A stretch of DNA of 64,000 bases from positions 14,622 to 78,621 of the forward strand of contig CAKZOU010000033.1 in the NCBI GenBank assembly GCA_937138255.1, in the 5' to 3' direction. Under the pieces are notes generated by a model. The model did no database searches and was not told the DNA's origin. It was given only the letters and a program-made list of their open reading frames with translations. A program made the position numbers and the translations under genes. Each line of letters opens with the position of its first letter. Position 1 is the first letter of the stretch. Shown here one piece after another: positions 39,919-49,914 of the stretch. This DNA is from an uncultured Rhodobacteraceae bacterium (GTDB lineage Bacteria; Pseudomonadota; Alphaproteobacteria; Rhodobacterales; Rhodobacteraceae).

Positions 39919-42156
39919 ATGGCCGGTCGCATCCGCAAGATCGCCCGTCGCAGTTTCCTTGTGGGCTCTGTCGCCATCGCGGGCGGCGTGGCATTTGGGG
40001 TCTATAAATGGCGGGAAGTGCCGCCCAATCCGCTGGAGCCCTCGGACGGCGCGATCCCGCTCAATCCTTTTGTCGTCATCACGCGCGAGGGCGTGATGAT
40101 CATCACGCCCAAGGCCGAGATGGGCCAGGGCGTGCAATCCACTTGGGCCGCGCTGGCGGCGGAAGAGTTGGATGTCGAATGGGAGGATATCTCTGTCCTG
40201 CACGGCCCACCCGCGCAGGCCTATTTCAACTCTGCGCTCTTTGGTGAAGCTGTGCCGGGGCTGGCCTATAAGGTCGGGCCGACGGGCGCCTATATTCGCG
40301 ATCTCGCGGGGGGTGGGGCCAAGCTTCTGAGCCTGCAACTCACCGGCGGCTCGACCTCGACCCGCGATGGATACGAGAAGATGCGAATGGCCGGCGCCAC
40401 CGCCCGCGAGACGCTCAAGATCGTCGCGGCCCGCAGGCTTGGCGTCGGGCTGGGCGAATTGAGCACGACCTCGGGCGAAGTCATCGCCCGCGACGGCCGG
40501 CGCATTTCCTATGCCGAACTGGCCGAAGAGGCCGCGAGCATCGAGCCACCCAAGGTCGAGCTGCGTGATCCGTCTCAATGGCGCTATCTCGGCAAGACCA
40601 TGCCGCGCCTCGACATGATCCCCAAGGTGACGGGCAAGGCCCAATACGCCATCGACGTGCGTCTGCCGGGGATGAAATTTGCCACGGTCCGCATGAACCC
40701 CCGCCGCACCGACATGATCAGCTATGACGCGTCGGTTGCGCTGGCGATGGAGGGGGTCGAACAGGTGATCGACCTCGGCAGCGGCATTGCCGTGGTTGCC
40801 CGCAACACCTGGATCGCCTTTCAGGCGGCTGAGGCGGTCGAGATCGTCTGGGGCGAGCCCGCCTATCCCAAATCGACGGAGGCGCTGAACGCGCTGGCGC
40901 TCACCGCCTTCGACCGCCCCGCCAACAGCACCCCGCGTGACGAAGGCGATTTGGACAAGCCGCAAGACGGCATCGAGATCACCGCCGAGTATGAGGCGCC
41001 GTGGCTTGCGCATACGACAATGGAGCCGATGTCCTCCGCCGCCCTCTTCTCGGGCGGCAAGCTCACGCTCTGGTCGGGTGCGCAGGCGCCGATCCTGTCT
41101 CGTGACCGCGCCGCCGAGGCGATCGGCCTCTCGCCCGAGGATGTCGAGCTGATCGTCCCCTTTCTGGGCGGCGGCTATGGGCGCCGCTCGGTGGCCGATT
41201 TCTCGATCCTTGCCGCCAAGGTCGCGGCGGCGATGCCCGAAGTACCTGTCTCCGTCACCTGGAGTCGCGAAGAGGATATGCGCAACGACTACTATCGCCC
41301 TGCCGCCTGGGGGCGGTTCCGGGGCGTGGTCCGGGACGGCCAAGCCGTCCTGCTCGACGGCAAGATCGCCTCGACCTCGCTTACCAACGACTCGACCCCG
41401 CCCGAGGATCCGACCGAAAAGCAAATGGGCGACCGGGAGCTTGTGGCCGGCGCCTGGGACCAACCCTACGGCATCCCCAACTACCGGATCTCGGGCCATA
41501 CCGCCCGCACCGGCGCGCCGGTCGGCTACTGGCGATCTGTGGGCGCGAGCTACAATGGCTTCTTCTTCGATACGTTCATCGACGAGTTGGCCCACGCGGC
41601 CCAGCGCGATCCCCTTCAATTCCGCCTCGAGATGGCGCGGAAGGAACACGCGCCATCAGCAGGTGCAATCGAAGCTGTCGCCGAAATGTCGGATTGGGGT
41701 GCCGCTCGTGCCGATGGCACCGCTCTGGGTATCGGCTTCACATATTCGTTCGGCGCAGCGGTCGCGCAGGTCGTTCAGGTGTCGCAGCGCGATCGCGGCA
41801 TCTCGATCGACAATGTCTGGATCGCGGCAGATGTGGGGCGGGCGCTCGACCCCGGCAATCTTGAGGCTCAACTCTCGGGTGGTGCGATTTTCGGCCTGTC
41901 AGCTGCGGTCTTTGGCAAAGTGACATTTAGCGACGGCATCGCCGAGCAGCAGAATTTCTGGGACTACGACGCCCTCAGAATGCCATCCGCACCAGCAACA
42001 GAGGTAAGGATTCTGGAATCTGCCTACCGGATTTCAGGCGTTGGCGAGGTCGCGGTTCCGCCTGCGGCGCCTGCGCTCGGGAACGCCCTTTTCCGCCTCA
42101 CGGGCCTGAGAGCCCGCACCCTGCCCCTCATCGGCACATTCAACCTATTGGTGTAA
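39919..42156 (+). CDS. Molybdopterin-binding subunit, isoquinoline 1-oxidoreductase beta-like
   Basis: RRSFL signal, EMGQG, TGGSTS, GGGYGRR, GVGE. Confidence 0.9.
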   Translation: MAGRIRKIARRSFLVGSVAIAGGVAFGVYKWREVPPNPLEPSDGAIPLNPFVVITREGVMIITPKAEMGQGVQSTWAALAAEELDVEWEDISVLHGPPAQAYFNSALFGEAVPGLAYKVGPTGAYIRDLAGGGAKLLSLQLTGGSTSTRDGYEKMRMAGATARETLKIVAARRLGVGLGELSTTSGEVIARDGRRISYAELAEEAASIEPPKVELRDPSQWRYLGKTMPRLDMIPKVTGKAQYAIDVRLPGMKFATVRMNPRRTDMISYDASVALAMEGVEQVIDLGSGIAVVARNTWIAFQAAEAVEIVWGEPAYPKSTEALNALALTAFDRPANSTPRDEGDLDKPQDGIEITAEYEAPWLAHTTMEPMSSAALFSGGKLTLWSGAQAPILSRDRAAEAIGLSPEDVELIVPFLGGGYGRRSVADFSILAAKVAAAMPEVPVSVTWSREEDMRNDYYRPAAWGRFRGVVRDGQAVLLDGKIASTSLTNDSTPPEDPTEKQMGDRELVAGAWDQPYGIPNYRISGHTARTGAPVGYWRSVGASYNGFFFDTFIDELAHAAQRDPLQFRLEMARKEHAPSAGAIEAVAEMSDWGAARADGTALGIGFTYSFGAAVAQVVQVSQRDRGISIDNVWIAADVGRALDPGNLEAQLSGGAIFGLSAAVFGKVTFSDGIAEQQNFWDYDALRMPSAPATEVRILESAYRISGVGEVAVPPAAPALGNALFRLTGLRARTLPLIGTFNLLV

Positions 42157-42293
42157 ATTCGAAAAAACGCCACAAAGCGCCCGCCAATGGCCCCGATTGA
42201 AACGAATTGACGCCCAAAGCCTTGGGTATTCGTTAATGGATAAAGTGCTCGGCTTGGAAAAAGACGGGGCAACCATAAATGGTGAAAACCTGA

Positions 42294-42962
42294 ATGTTTG
42301 AATTCTCAAATGAGCTTCTCAACATGCTCAAGGCCCAGGCCGAACCTGTGAGTAACCAGTTGTCCTTTGAAAAGGTGGCTGAGTTCCAGCCCGATCATGT
42401 CATCTGTTTCACGCCTAAAACACTGATTGCGACCCCTCGTGGCGCTCGTGCCGTGGAAACACTCGATGTAGGCGATCTTGTCATGACGCGGGACCACGGG
42501 ATGCAGCCGATCCGCTGGATTCAGTCGCGGACCGTTTCCGGTATCGCGCAATTTGCTCCAATCCGCCTCAAGAAAGGCGTGCTGAGAGGAATGGATGACG
42601 ATTTGGTCGTCTCGCCCCGCCACCGGGTTCTGCTGCAGGGCTACAGGGCCGAGCTCTTGTTTGGCGAGAGCGAGGTTCTCGTGGCCGCCGAGAACCTTAT
42701 CGACGGCGACACGGTACGACGTGACCGCCGGCAGAACGTCACCTACATCCACATTCTCTTCGACCAGCACGAGGTCATCTACGCCAATGGAGCGCCGACG
42801 GAGAGCTTTCATCCGACGGATCGCTCACTTGCCGCTGTCGAGCCGCAGGCCCGAGAGGAGCTATTCGCGATCTTTCCTGAATTGAGGTCGCTTCCGGCAA
42901 GCTATGGTAAAACTGCCCGGCGCTGCCTTCAGCCGCACGAAGTCGAGCTGGTGAGGATCTGA
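42294..42962 (+). CDS. Hint-domain (bacterial intein-like) protein
   Basis: VICFTPKTLIATPRG block A, VSPRHRVL block B, YIHILFDQHEVIYANGAPTESF. Confidence 0.88.
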   Translation: MFEFSNELLNMLKAQAEPVSNQLSFEKVAEFQPDHVICFTPKTLIATPRGARAVETLDVGDLVMTRDHGMQPIRWIQSRTVSGIAQFAPIRLKKGVLRGMDDDLVVSPRHRVLLQGYRAELLFGESEVLVAAENLIDGDTVRRDRRQNVTYIHILFDQHEVIYANGAPTESFHPTDRSLAAVEPQAREELFAIFPELRSLPASYGKTARRCLQPHEVELVRI

Positions 42963-42972
42963 TCCGCTCGGC

Positions 42973-43398
42973 TCACTCGATCCCGTTCGCAACCTGAAGG
43001 GCGCGCGCATATTTCAGCACCAACGCTGTCTCGGCTTCAGTGATTCCCGGAATCGACGGCATATTTCCGTAGGGCCAATGGTGCGCCCTCACGCCGACAG
43101 TCGGAGCATAGAGAAAGCTGATATCTGCGTGGTGACTGGGCTCATAGATCTCGTGCACCAGAGGGGGGCCATAGCCATCACGCCCGCCGGCGTTCTTGCC
43201 ATGGCACTTGGCACAGAACGCATTGAATGCCGTTTCTCCAGCACGCTCGTCCGATCCCAACTCGGGCACGATAACATCCACCATCGGTACTCCGAGATCC
43301 GCAGTCCCATCGCTTGCTAGCTGTTGAGAGTAGGCCAAATAGCCAATCACACACGCGGCCAAAAGACCCGCCAGCGAGGCAAAGAGTGTTCTGTTCAT
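42973..43398 (-). CDS. Membrane-anchored monoheme cytochrome c
   Basis: N-terminal TM, CAKCHG, YEPSHH, HHWPYGNMP. Confidence 0.85.
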   Translation of the reverse strand: MNRTLFASLAGLLAACVIGYLAYSQQLASDGTADLGVPMVDVIVPELGSDERAGETAFNAFCAKCHGKNAGGRDGYGPPLVHEIYEPSHHADISFLYAPTVGVRAHHWPYGNMPSIPGITEAETALVLKYARALQVANGIE

Positions 43399-43477
43399 AC
43401 TTCTTCGAAGTCCTGCCGCTCTATTCTTTTTCAACTTAAAATTTAAATACGACTAATAACCCCAACCGGAAGTAAGA

Positions 43478-44230
43478 TCAACGATTTGCGCGCCATTCCC
43501 GCGCCGCCTTTCCAAAAGCTTCAAACAATGGCCGAGATACAGGATCATTGGCCGCGTTCCACTCAGGATGCCACTGAACCGAGAGGCAAAACCCTTGCGC
43601 CCCGTCGACATAGATCGCTTCGGGGGTTCCGTCAGGCGCGGTTCCGTCGACGACGATTCTCTTGCCCGGCCGACGTATGCCCTGCCCGTGAAGCGTATTG
43701 GTCATGACCTCGTTCGCGCCGAATAACTTGGCAAAGGGGCCATCCGGGGTCAGCGTGACCTTGTGCCGGATGGCAAATTTATCGGCCAGCGTTCCGTCTG
43801 GCGGCATCCGGTGATTGTCGCGCCCCGGCAAATCGCGGATTTCGGGATCCAAAGAGCCGCCCATCGCCACATTGACCTCTTGAAAGCCCCGACAAATTCC
43901 CAAAAAGGGCTGGCCCCGCTCGACGCAGGCCCTGACAAGCGGCAAGGTGATGGCATCCCGGTTGCGATCAAACATTCCGTGCGCCGGCGTTTCGGCCTCG
44001 CCATATTCCTCGGGATGAACATTGGGGCGGCCGCCGGTCAGTAGAAATCCGTCGCAGGCCTCGAGTAGTTCCGGCACCGATACAATTTCCGGGTCAGCAG
44101 GGATCAGAAGCGGCATCGCCCCCGACACATGGGCAATCGCGCAGGAATTCATCGCGCCGACCGCATGAACCGGGTAGTCGTCGCCAAGGATGTTTGAATT
44201 GCCGATAATGCCAATGACAGGGCGAGACAT
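43478..44230 (-). CDS. Peptidase C26 / gamma-glutamyl-GABA hydrolase family glutamine amidotransferase
   Basis: LLTGG, GICRGFQE, HGQG, VQWHPE. Confidence 0.9.
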   Translation of the reverse strand: MSRPVIGIIGNSNILGDDYPVHAVGAMNSCAIAHVSGAMPLLIPADPEIVSVPELLEACDGFLLTGGRPNVHPEEYGEAETPAHGMFDRNRDAITLPLVRACVERGQPFLGICRGFQEVNVAMGGSLDPEIRDLPGRDNHRMPPDGTLADKFAIRHKVTLTPDGPFAKLFGANEVMTNTLHGQGIRRPGKRIVVDGTAPDGTPEAIYVDGAQGFCLSVQWHPEWNAANDPVSRPLFEAFGKAAREWRANR

Positions 44231-44237
44231 AATTCCT

Positions 44238-44255
44238 CACTCAAAATTTTGAGTG
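44238..44255. promoter_or_regulatory. Perfect 18-bp palindrome CACTCAAAATTTTGAGTG abutting the RBS of the C26 gene
   Basis: Self-complementary; on the minus strand followed directly by AGGAATT-ATG. Confidence 0.55.
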
Positions 44256-44341
44256 GAGTGTATGCTCACAGAACTCCCCTGCAAACAGGGGTGAGCCTCG
44301 CATCAGCGCACACTCCTGTGCGGCAAAAAACCGAATTTGGC

Positions 44342-44770
44342 CTAGTCTTCGCCCGTCAGGCCCGCCGCGTCGATCCCTGCCAAAGCGCAGATCACGTCGT
44401 TGTCGCTCGTATCGCCGGTCACGCCGACGGCGCCGATGATCTTGCCCGCCTTGTCGCGGACAAGAACACCGCCGGGAACCGGGACAACCTTGCCGTCATA
44501 GACGCCGTTCATGGCGGCCATGAAATAGGCCTGTTGCTCGGCCCGCGCCATTTGGGCCCGTCCGGCAATGCCGAGCATCACCGAGCCATAGGCCTTGCCC
44601 TGCGCGATGCCGAAGCGGCCAGGGGCCGCCCCGTCTTCGCGCTCGAAGGCTTTGACATGGCCGCCGCTGTCGAGGACGACAACGGCGAGGGGCTCCAGCG
44701 CCAGCTCGCGCCCTTTGGCAATCGCCTTGCGGATGATAGTCCGCGCCTTGGTGATCGAAATCTCAGCCAT
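44342..44770 (-). CDS. GlcG/HbpS family heme-binding protein
   Basis: VVLDSGG, AQGKA, PGGVLV, GAVGVTG; downstream of glcB. Confidence 0.88.
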   Translation of the reverse strand: MAEISITKARTIIRKAIAKGRELALEPLAVVVLDSGGHVKAFEREDGAAPGRFGIAQGKAYGSVMLGIAGRAQMARAEQQAYFMAAMNGVYDGKVVPVPGGVLVRDKAGKIIGAVGVTGDTSDNDVICALAGIDAAGLTGED

Positions 44771-44795
44771 GTCGTCCTCCCTGTGACGCCCTGCC

Positions 44796-46943
44796 CTAGT
44801 TGCGGCCGAGCGCCTTCAACTCGAGGCGGCGGCGATGCAGGACCGGCTCTGTATACCCCGAAGGCTGGACCCGTCCCTCGAACACAAGGTCGCAGGCCGC
44901 CTGAAAGGCGATATCGTTGAACTCGGGCGCCATCGGCCGGTAGAACGGGTCGCCCGCGTTCTGACGATCCACCACCTCGGCCATCTTCTTCATTGCCGCC
45001 ATCGTGTCCTCGCGGCTGACAATACCATGGTGCAGCCAGTTGGCGATATGCTGCGACGAGATCCGGCAAGTGGCGCGGTCTTCCATCAGGCCCACATCGT
45101 GAATGTCGGGCACCTTGGAACAGCCGACCCCCTGATCGACCCAGCGCACCACATAGCCAAGGATGCCTTGGGCGTTGTTTTCAACCTCGCGGATGATCTG
45201 CTCGCGGGTCCACTTGCGGTAGGTCGCCAGCGGAATGTCGAGGAGCGCATCCACATAGGCCCGGCGTCCGCCCGTGGCGAGGCGCGCCTGAACGGCGAAG
45301 ACGTCGATCTTGTGGTAATGCAGCGCGTGCAGGGTCGCCGCCGTGGGCGACGGCACCCAGGCACAGTTTGCGCCCGCCTTGGGGTGGTCGATCTTCTGCT
45401 CGAGCATCGCCGCCATCTGGTCGGGCATGGCCCACATGCCCTTGCCGATCTGGGCCTTGCCGGAAAGGCCGCACTCGAGGCCGATATCGACGTTCTGGTT
45501 CTCGTAAGCCGTGATCCAGCCCTTGCGTTTGATGAAATCCTTGCGGCTGAAGGGGCCGGCTTCCATCGAGGTGTGGATCTCGTCGCCGGTGCGGTCGAGA
45601 AAGCCCGTGTTGATGAAAGCCACACGGTTCTTCGCGGCGCGGATGCATTCCTTGAGGTTGACCGAGGTGCGGCGCTCTTCGTCCATCACGCCAAGCTTCA
45701 CCGTGTCTTGCGGCAGGCCGAGCATCTTTTCCACATGGGTAAAGATCTCGTCGGCAAAAGCCACCTCTTCCGGCCCGTGCATCTTGGGCTTGACCACATA
45801 GACCGAACCCTTGACCGAATTTCCGCCCTTTTGCTTGAGGTCGTGAATGGCGATGAGCGTCGTCACGGCGGCATCCATCAGCCCCTCGAAAACCTCGTCG
45901 CCATTGCGATCAAGGATCGCGGGATTGGTCATCAGGTGGCCGACGTTGCGGATCCACAGAAGCGCACGGCCCTTGATCGAGGTTTCCTTGCCGTTCGGAT
46001 CAAGGAACGACAGATCGGGATTGAGACGGCGGGTGAAGGTCTGCCCCCCTTTTGACACTTCTTCCGACAAATCGCCCTTCATCAGGCCAAGCCAGTTGCG
46101 ATAGGCAACCACCTTGTCCTCGGCATCGACGCAAGCGACCGAATCCTCGCAATCCATGATCGCCGAAAGCGCGCTTTCGAGCCGCACATCCGCCAGAAGC
46201 GCCTGATCGCGGCTGCCGATGAAATGGGCGCGATCGAACACGAGCTCGACGTGCAGCCCGTTGTTGCGCAGGATCACCGAATGCGGCGCCTTGGGATGGC
46301 CGCGATAGCCCACGAATTTCTCAGGGTTCACGAGCGGCAGGTCATCGACCAGAAGCTGCCCCTTCTCCACATGATAGCGGCGCACATCGGCGTGGCTCGT
46401 GCCGGCAATCGGGAAAGCCTCGTCAAGAAACACCCGCGCCCGCGCCACAACCCGTGCGCCCCGACCGCGCTCGTAGCCGCCCTTGGGGATCGGGCCGGCC
46501 ATCGCATCGGTGCCATAGAGGCAATCATAAAGGCTGCCCCAGCGGGCATTGGCGGCGTTCAGCGCATAGCGGGCGTTGGTGATCGGCACCACAAGCTGCG
46601 GGCCAGCAACCGAGGCGATCTCGGGGTCGACATTCGAGGTGCCGATCTGGAAATCCTCACCTTCGGGCACAAGATAGCCGATCTCGCCAAGAAAGGCTTT
46701 GTAGGCCTCGTTGTCATGCGGCTTGTCGCGGTGGGCGATGTGCCAGGCGTCGATCTTGGACTGGATATCATCCCGCTTGGCGAGAAGTGCGCGGTTCTTC
46801 GGGCCGAGGTCGTGAACAAGGCTCGAAAGCCCGGTCCAGAAGGCATCGGCGCCAATGCCGGTTCCCCCAAGCGCCTCCGTTTCAACAAAAGCCGCCAGCT
46901 CAGCCGCGACCTTCATTCCAGCTCTCTCAACGCGTTCGACCAT
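44796..46943 (-). CDS. glcB: Malate synthase G
   Basis: [41 protein letters not shown]. Confidence 0.97.
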   Translation of the reverse strand: MVERVERAGMKVAAELAAFVETEALGGTGIGADAFWTGLSSLVHDLGPKNRALLAKRDDIQSKIDAWHIAHRDKPHDNEAYKAFLGEIGYLVPEGEDFQIGTSNVDPEIASVAGPQLVVPITNARYALNAANARWGSLYDCLYGTDAMAGPIPKGGYERGRGARVVARARVFLDEAFPIAGTSHADVRRYHVEKGQLLVDDLPLVNPEKFVGYRGHPKAPHSVILRNNGLHVELVFDRAHFIGSRDQALLADVRLESALSAIMDCEDSVACVDAEDKVVAYRNWLGLMKGDLSEEVSKGGQTFTRRLNPDLSFLDPNGKETSIKGRALLWIRNVGHLMTNPAILDRNGDEVFEGLMDAAVTTLIAIHDLKQKGGNSVKGSVYVVKPKMHGPEEVAFADEIFTHVEKMLGLPQDTVKLGVMDEERRTSVNLKECIRAAKNRVAFINTGFLDRTGDEIHTSMEAGPFSRKDFIKRKGWITAYENQNVDIGLECGLSGKAQIGKGMWAMPDQMAAMLEQKIDHPKAGANCAWVPSPTAATLHALHYHKIDVFAVQARLATGGRRAYVDALLDIPLATYRKWTREQIIREVENNAQGILGYVVRWVDQGVGCSKVPDIHDVGLMEDRATCRISSQHIANWLHHGIVSREDTMAAMKKMAEVVDRQNAGDPFYRPMAPEFNDIAFQAACDLVFEGRVQPSGYTEPVLHRRRLELKALGRN

Positions 46944-46960
46944 CGACCGATTCCCTTGAC

Positions 46961-46978
46961 TGTATGCATTGGTATGCA
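46961..46978. promoter_or_regulatory. Candidate regulator site upstream of glcB
   Basis: GTATGCA twice at a 10-bp period, including inverted TGCAT-N4-ATGCA, about 20-35 bp upstream of the glcB start. Confidence 0.5.
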
Positions 46979-47133
46979 GGTATTGGCGCCGACCTAGCGC
47001 AAAAGTTTCCGATCGGCAACAGGATCGCGGTCATCTTCCCTGACCAATCCGCACGATACCGCCCTGCAACCGCCCTTGCTCCGCCCGCGCCCCTGTCCTA
47101 GAAGCCTTGGCGATACGTTGCGAGGAGTGCCCC

Positions 47134-48645
47134 ATGCTCGATTTGACCTATGACGCCCCCAAACCCAAAGTCATCGCCGGTGCGACCGGCGACTGGGAAC
47201 TGGTGATCGGCCTCGAGGTTCACGCGCAGGTGGCGACCGCCGCCAAGCTCTTCTCCGGCGCCTCGACCCAGTTCGGCGCCGAGCCCAATTCCAACGTCGC
47301 CTTCGTCGATGCGGGGATGCCCGGAATGCTGCCGGTGATCAACGAGGGCTGCGTGGCGCAGGCCGTGCGCACCGGCCTTGGCCTGAAGGCCGAGATCAAC
47401 CTCTGGTCGGCCTTCGACCGCAAGAACTATTTCTACCCCGACCTGCCGCAGGGCTATCAGATTTCGCAGCTCTACCACCCGATCGTCGGCGAAGGCGAAG
47501 TCCTTGTCGAGATGGGCAATGGCACGGCCCGGCTTGTGCGGATCGAGCGCATCCACCTCGAGCAGGACGCCGGCAAATCCATCCACGACATGGATCCGGC
47601 AATGTCCTTCGTCGATCTCAACCGCACCGGCGTTGCCCTGATGGAAATCGTGAGCCGCCCCGATATCCGCGGCCCCGAAGAGGCCGCCGCCTATGTCGGC
47701 AAGCTGCGCCAGATCATGCGCTACCTCGGCACCTGCGACGGCAATATGCAGAACGGCAATCTGCGCGCCGACGTCAACGTCTCGGTCTGCCGCCCCGGCG
47801 ACTACGAGAAATATCAGGCGACACAGGATTTCTCGCATCTCGGCACCCGCTGCGAGATCAAGAACATGAACTCGATGCGTTTCATCCAGATGGCCATCGA
47901 ATATGAGGCCCGCCGCCAGATCGCGATCCTCGAGGATGGCGGCAAGGTCAGCCAGGAAACCCGCCTCTACGACCCCGACAAGAACGAGACCCGCTCGATG
48001 CGCTCGAAGGAAGAGGCGCACGACTACCGCTATTTCCCCGATCCCGACCTTCTGCCCTTGGAAATCGAGCAGGCCTGGGTCGACGATATCGCCGCCAGCC
48101 TGCCCGAGCTTCCCGACGACAAGAAAGCCCGCTTCATGGGCGATTTCGGCCTGTCGGACTATGACGCCTCGGTGTTGACCGCCGAGGTCGCCAACGCCGC
48201 CTATTTCGAGAAAGTGGCTGAAGGCCGCGACGGCAAGCTCGCCGCCAACTGGGTCATCAACGAGCTTTTCGGCCGCCTCAAGAAAGAGGACCACTCGATC
48301 GAGGAAAGCCCCGTCTCGCCCGACCAACTGGGCAAGATCGTCGGCCTCATCACCAAGGGCGATATCTCGGGCAAGATCGCCAAAGATCTCTTCGAGATCA
48401 TCTACACCGAAGGCGGCGATCCTGAAGAAATCGTCGAAGCCCGCGGCATGAAGCAAGTGACCGACACCGGCGCCATCGAAGCCGCCGTCGACGCCGTGAT
48501 CGCCGAAAACCCCGCGCAGGTCGAAAAGGCCAAGGCCAACCCCAAACTCGCGGGCTGGTTCGTCGGACAAGTGATGAAGGCAACGGGCGGCAAGGCCAAC
48601 CCGGCGGCGGTCAACGAACTTGTCACCAGAAAGCTCGGGCTCTAG
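47134..48645 (+). CDS. gatB: Asp/Glu-tRNA amidotransferase subunit B
   Basis: [36 protein letters not shown]. Confidence 0.97.
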   Translation: MLDLTYDAPKPKVIAGATGDWELVIGLEVHAQVATAAKLFSGASTQFGAEPNSNVAFVDAGMPGMLPVINEGCVAQAVRTGLGLKAEINLWSAFDRKNYFYPDLPQGYQISQLYHPIVGEGEVLVEMGNGTARLVRIERIHLEQDAGKSIHDMDPAMSFVDLNRTGVALMEIVSRPDIRGPEEAAAYVGKLRQIMRYLGTCDGNMQNGNLRADVNVSVCRPGDYEKYQATQDFSHLGTRCEIKNMNSMRFIQMAIEYEARRQIAILEDGGKVSQETRLYDPDKNETRSMRSKEEAHDYRYFPDPDLLPLEIEQAWVDDIAASLPELPDDKKARFMGDFGLSDYDASVLTAEVANAAYFEKVAEGRDGKLAANWVINELFGRLKKEDHSIEESPVSPDQLGKIVGLITKGDISGKIAKDLFEIIYTEGGDPEEIVEARGMKQVTDTGAIEAAVDAVIAENPAQVEKAKANPKLAGWFVGQVMKATGGKANPAAVNELVTRKLGL

Positions 48646-48648
48646 GCC

Positions 48649-49224
48649 CTAAAGAAGCTTGCGCACATAGACGCTGTCCCATCGACCCTCGCGGTCGATG
48701 GCATAGCCTTCGCTCAGAAACAGCTCGAGCGGGCCAAAGTGATTTGCCCCTGGGGTATTCGCCTTCGGGCGCGGGTTGCCCTCAATGAGGGACATCCCTA
48801 GCGACCGCCCCCAGTCCTCGGCCCCGCGCAACAAGGCCCGCGCCGCGCCCTGCCCCCGCGCCGAGGGCGCAACCATGAAGCAGGACATGAACACCACCTG
48901 ATCGTTGTCAAACCCCGGCGTCGGATCGTCGGCAAACGCCGTCATGTCAGACTTGCGCGCCGCGTTGCACCACCCGACAACCCTGTCCTCGACAACCGCG
49001 AAAAGCCCGCTCATCCGCCCTTCGGAAATCATCCCGCAACTCGCCGCCCGATTTTCAGCCGCCGTCCGCGTCGACCAATGCGCGCCCGTGGAGCGATCAA
49101 AATAGAAGGCATGACAATAGCAGCTGGCCCAATCCGGCTTGTCGGCAAAAATATCGCCGTCGAAAAAACCCGTGAAGGTCTCGACCCTATCCGGGGTCAG
49201 CGTGACAATTCGAACCTCGCTCAT
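48649..49224 (-). CDS. GNAT family N-acetyltransferase
   Basis: WASCYC, VGWC, SCFMVAPSARGQG, IEGNP. Confidence 0.82.
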   Translation of the reverse strand: MSEVRIVTLTPDRVETFTGFFDGDIFADKPDWASCYCHAFYFDRSTGAHWSTRTAAENRAASCGMISEGRMSGLFAVVEDRVVGWCNAARKSDMTAFADDPTPGFDNDQVVFMSCFMVAPSARGQGAARALLRGAEDWGRSLGMSLIEGNPRPKANTPGANHFGPLELFLSEGYAIDREGRWDSVYVRKLL

Positions 49225-49276
49225 TCCGCGATCTTGTCAGCCATGCCGCCGGTCGGTCAAGGCAAGGGCCTCTCAC

Positions 49277-49343
49277 CTTCTTTTGGCTCCAAATACTCCG
49301 GGGGTGAACGGGCCGTCAGGCCCGGAGGGGGCAGCGCCCCCTT
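49277..49343 (+). repeat. REP-like palindromic intergenic element, copy 2 (extra internal hairpin)
   Basis: CTTCTTTTGGCTCCAAATACTCCGGGGG-TGAA-CGGGCCGTCAGGCCCG-GAGGGGGCAGCGCCCCCTT. Confidence 0.75.
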
Positions 49344-49349
49344 CCCGCG

Positions 49350-49856
49350 CTATTCCTTGTCCCGAACAGCGACCTTGAGCAATTCGGCGCGCCGCTCAAG
49401 GCTCTCTGGAGACCAGGTCTCTTCCGTCACATAATACTCCTCGACGACCTTGTGCTCCGGCGGAAAGACGACCCAGGGCTGCTTGGTCGATGTGAAGATG
49501 TGCACATCGGGCGGCATCGCCGTGGGGTCGTCCAACGATCCGGCCCGGATGAATTTGAAATATCTCCGGTAGCCGCCGAAGTAATACTGGCTCCACACCG
49601 TCACCCGGCATTTCGGACAACGCGCCATCAGTTGCCCCTTGCCCCCCGGAGAAGGGATCATCATTTCCTCGACCTCACCCTGCAACAGGCTCACGCGATC
49701 AGCCTCGATGATCGCATTGGTGGCAAAGGCCGTGCCGGACTGGCGTTGGCACCATGTGCAATGGCAGCCGTGCACGACCAGAGGCCCCGAACCCATCCGG
49801 TAGCGCACATGGCCGCAGGTGCAGCCCCCGTCACAATGCTTGGAACCGTCCGGCAT
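49350..49856 (-). CDS. GFA (glutathione-dependent formaldehyde-activating/CENP-V) family protein
   Basis: GGCTCG, HGCHCTWCQR, RCPKC, HIFTSTKQPW. Confidence 0.88.
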   Translation of the reverse strand: MPDGSKHCDGGCTCGHVRYRMGSGPLVVHGCHCTWCQRQSGTAFATNAIIEADRVSLLQGEVEEMMIPSPGGKGQLMARCPKCRVTVWSQYYFGGYRRYFKFIRAGSLDDPTAMPPDVHIFTSTKQPWVVFPPEHKVVEEYYVTEETWSPESLERRAELLKVAVRDKE

Positions 49857-49914
49857 GATCTTCTCCCCTGCCATCTAGAGGGTCAGCCTAGACCAATCCT
49901 GGAGAATCCCCAAA

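Noticed and set aside
38884..41649. 921-aa minus-strand ORF
   Set aside because: Antisense shadow of kynA and the iorAB-like genes; no motifs; expected in high-GC DNA.
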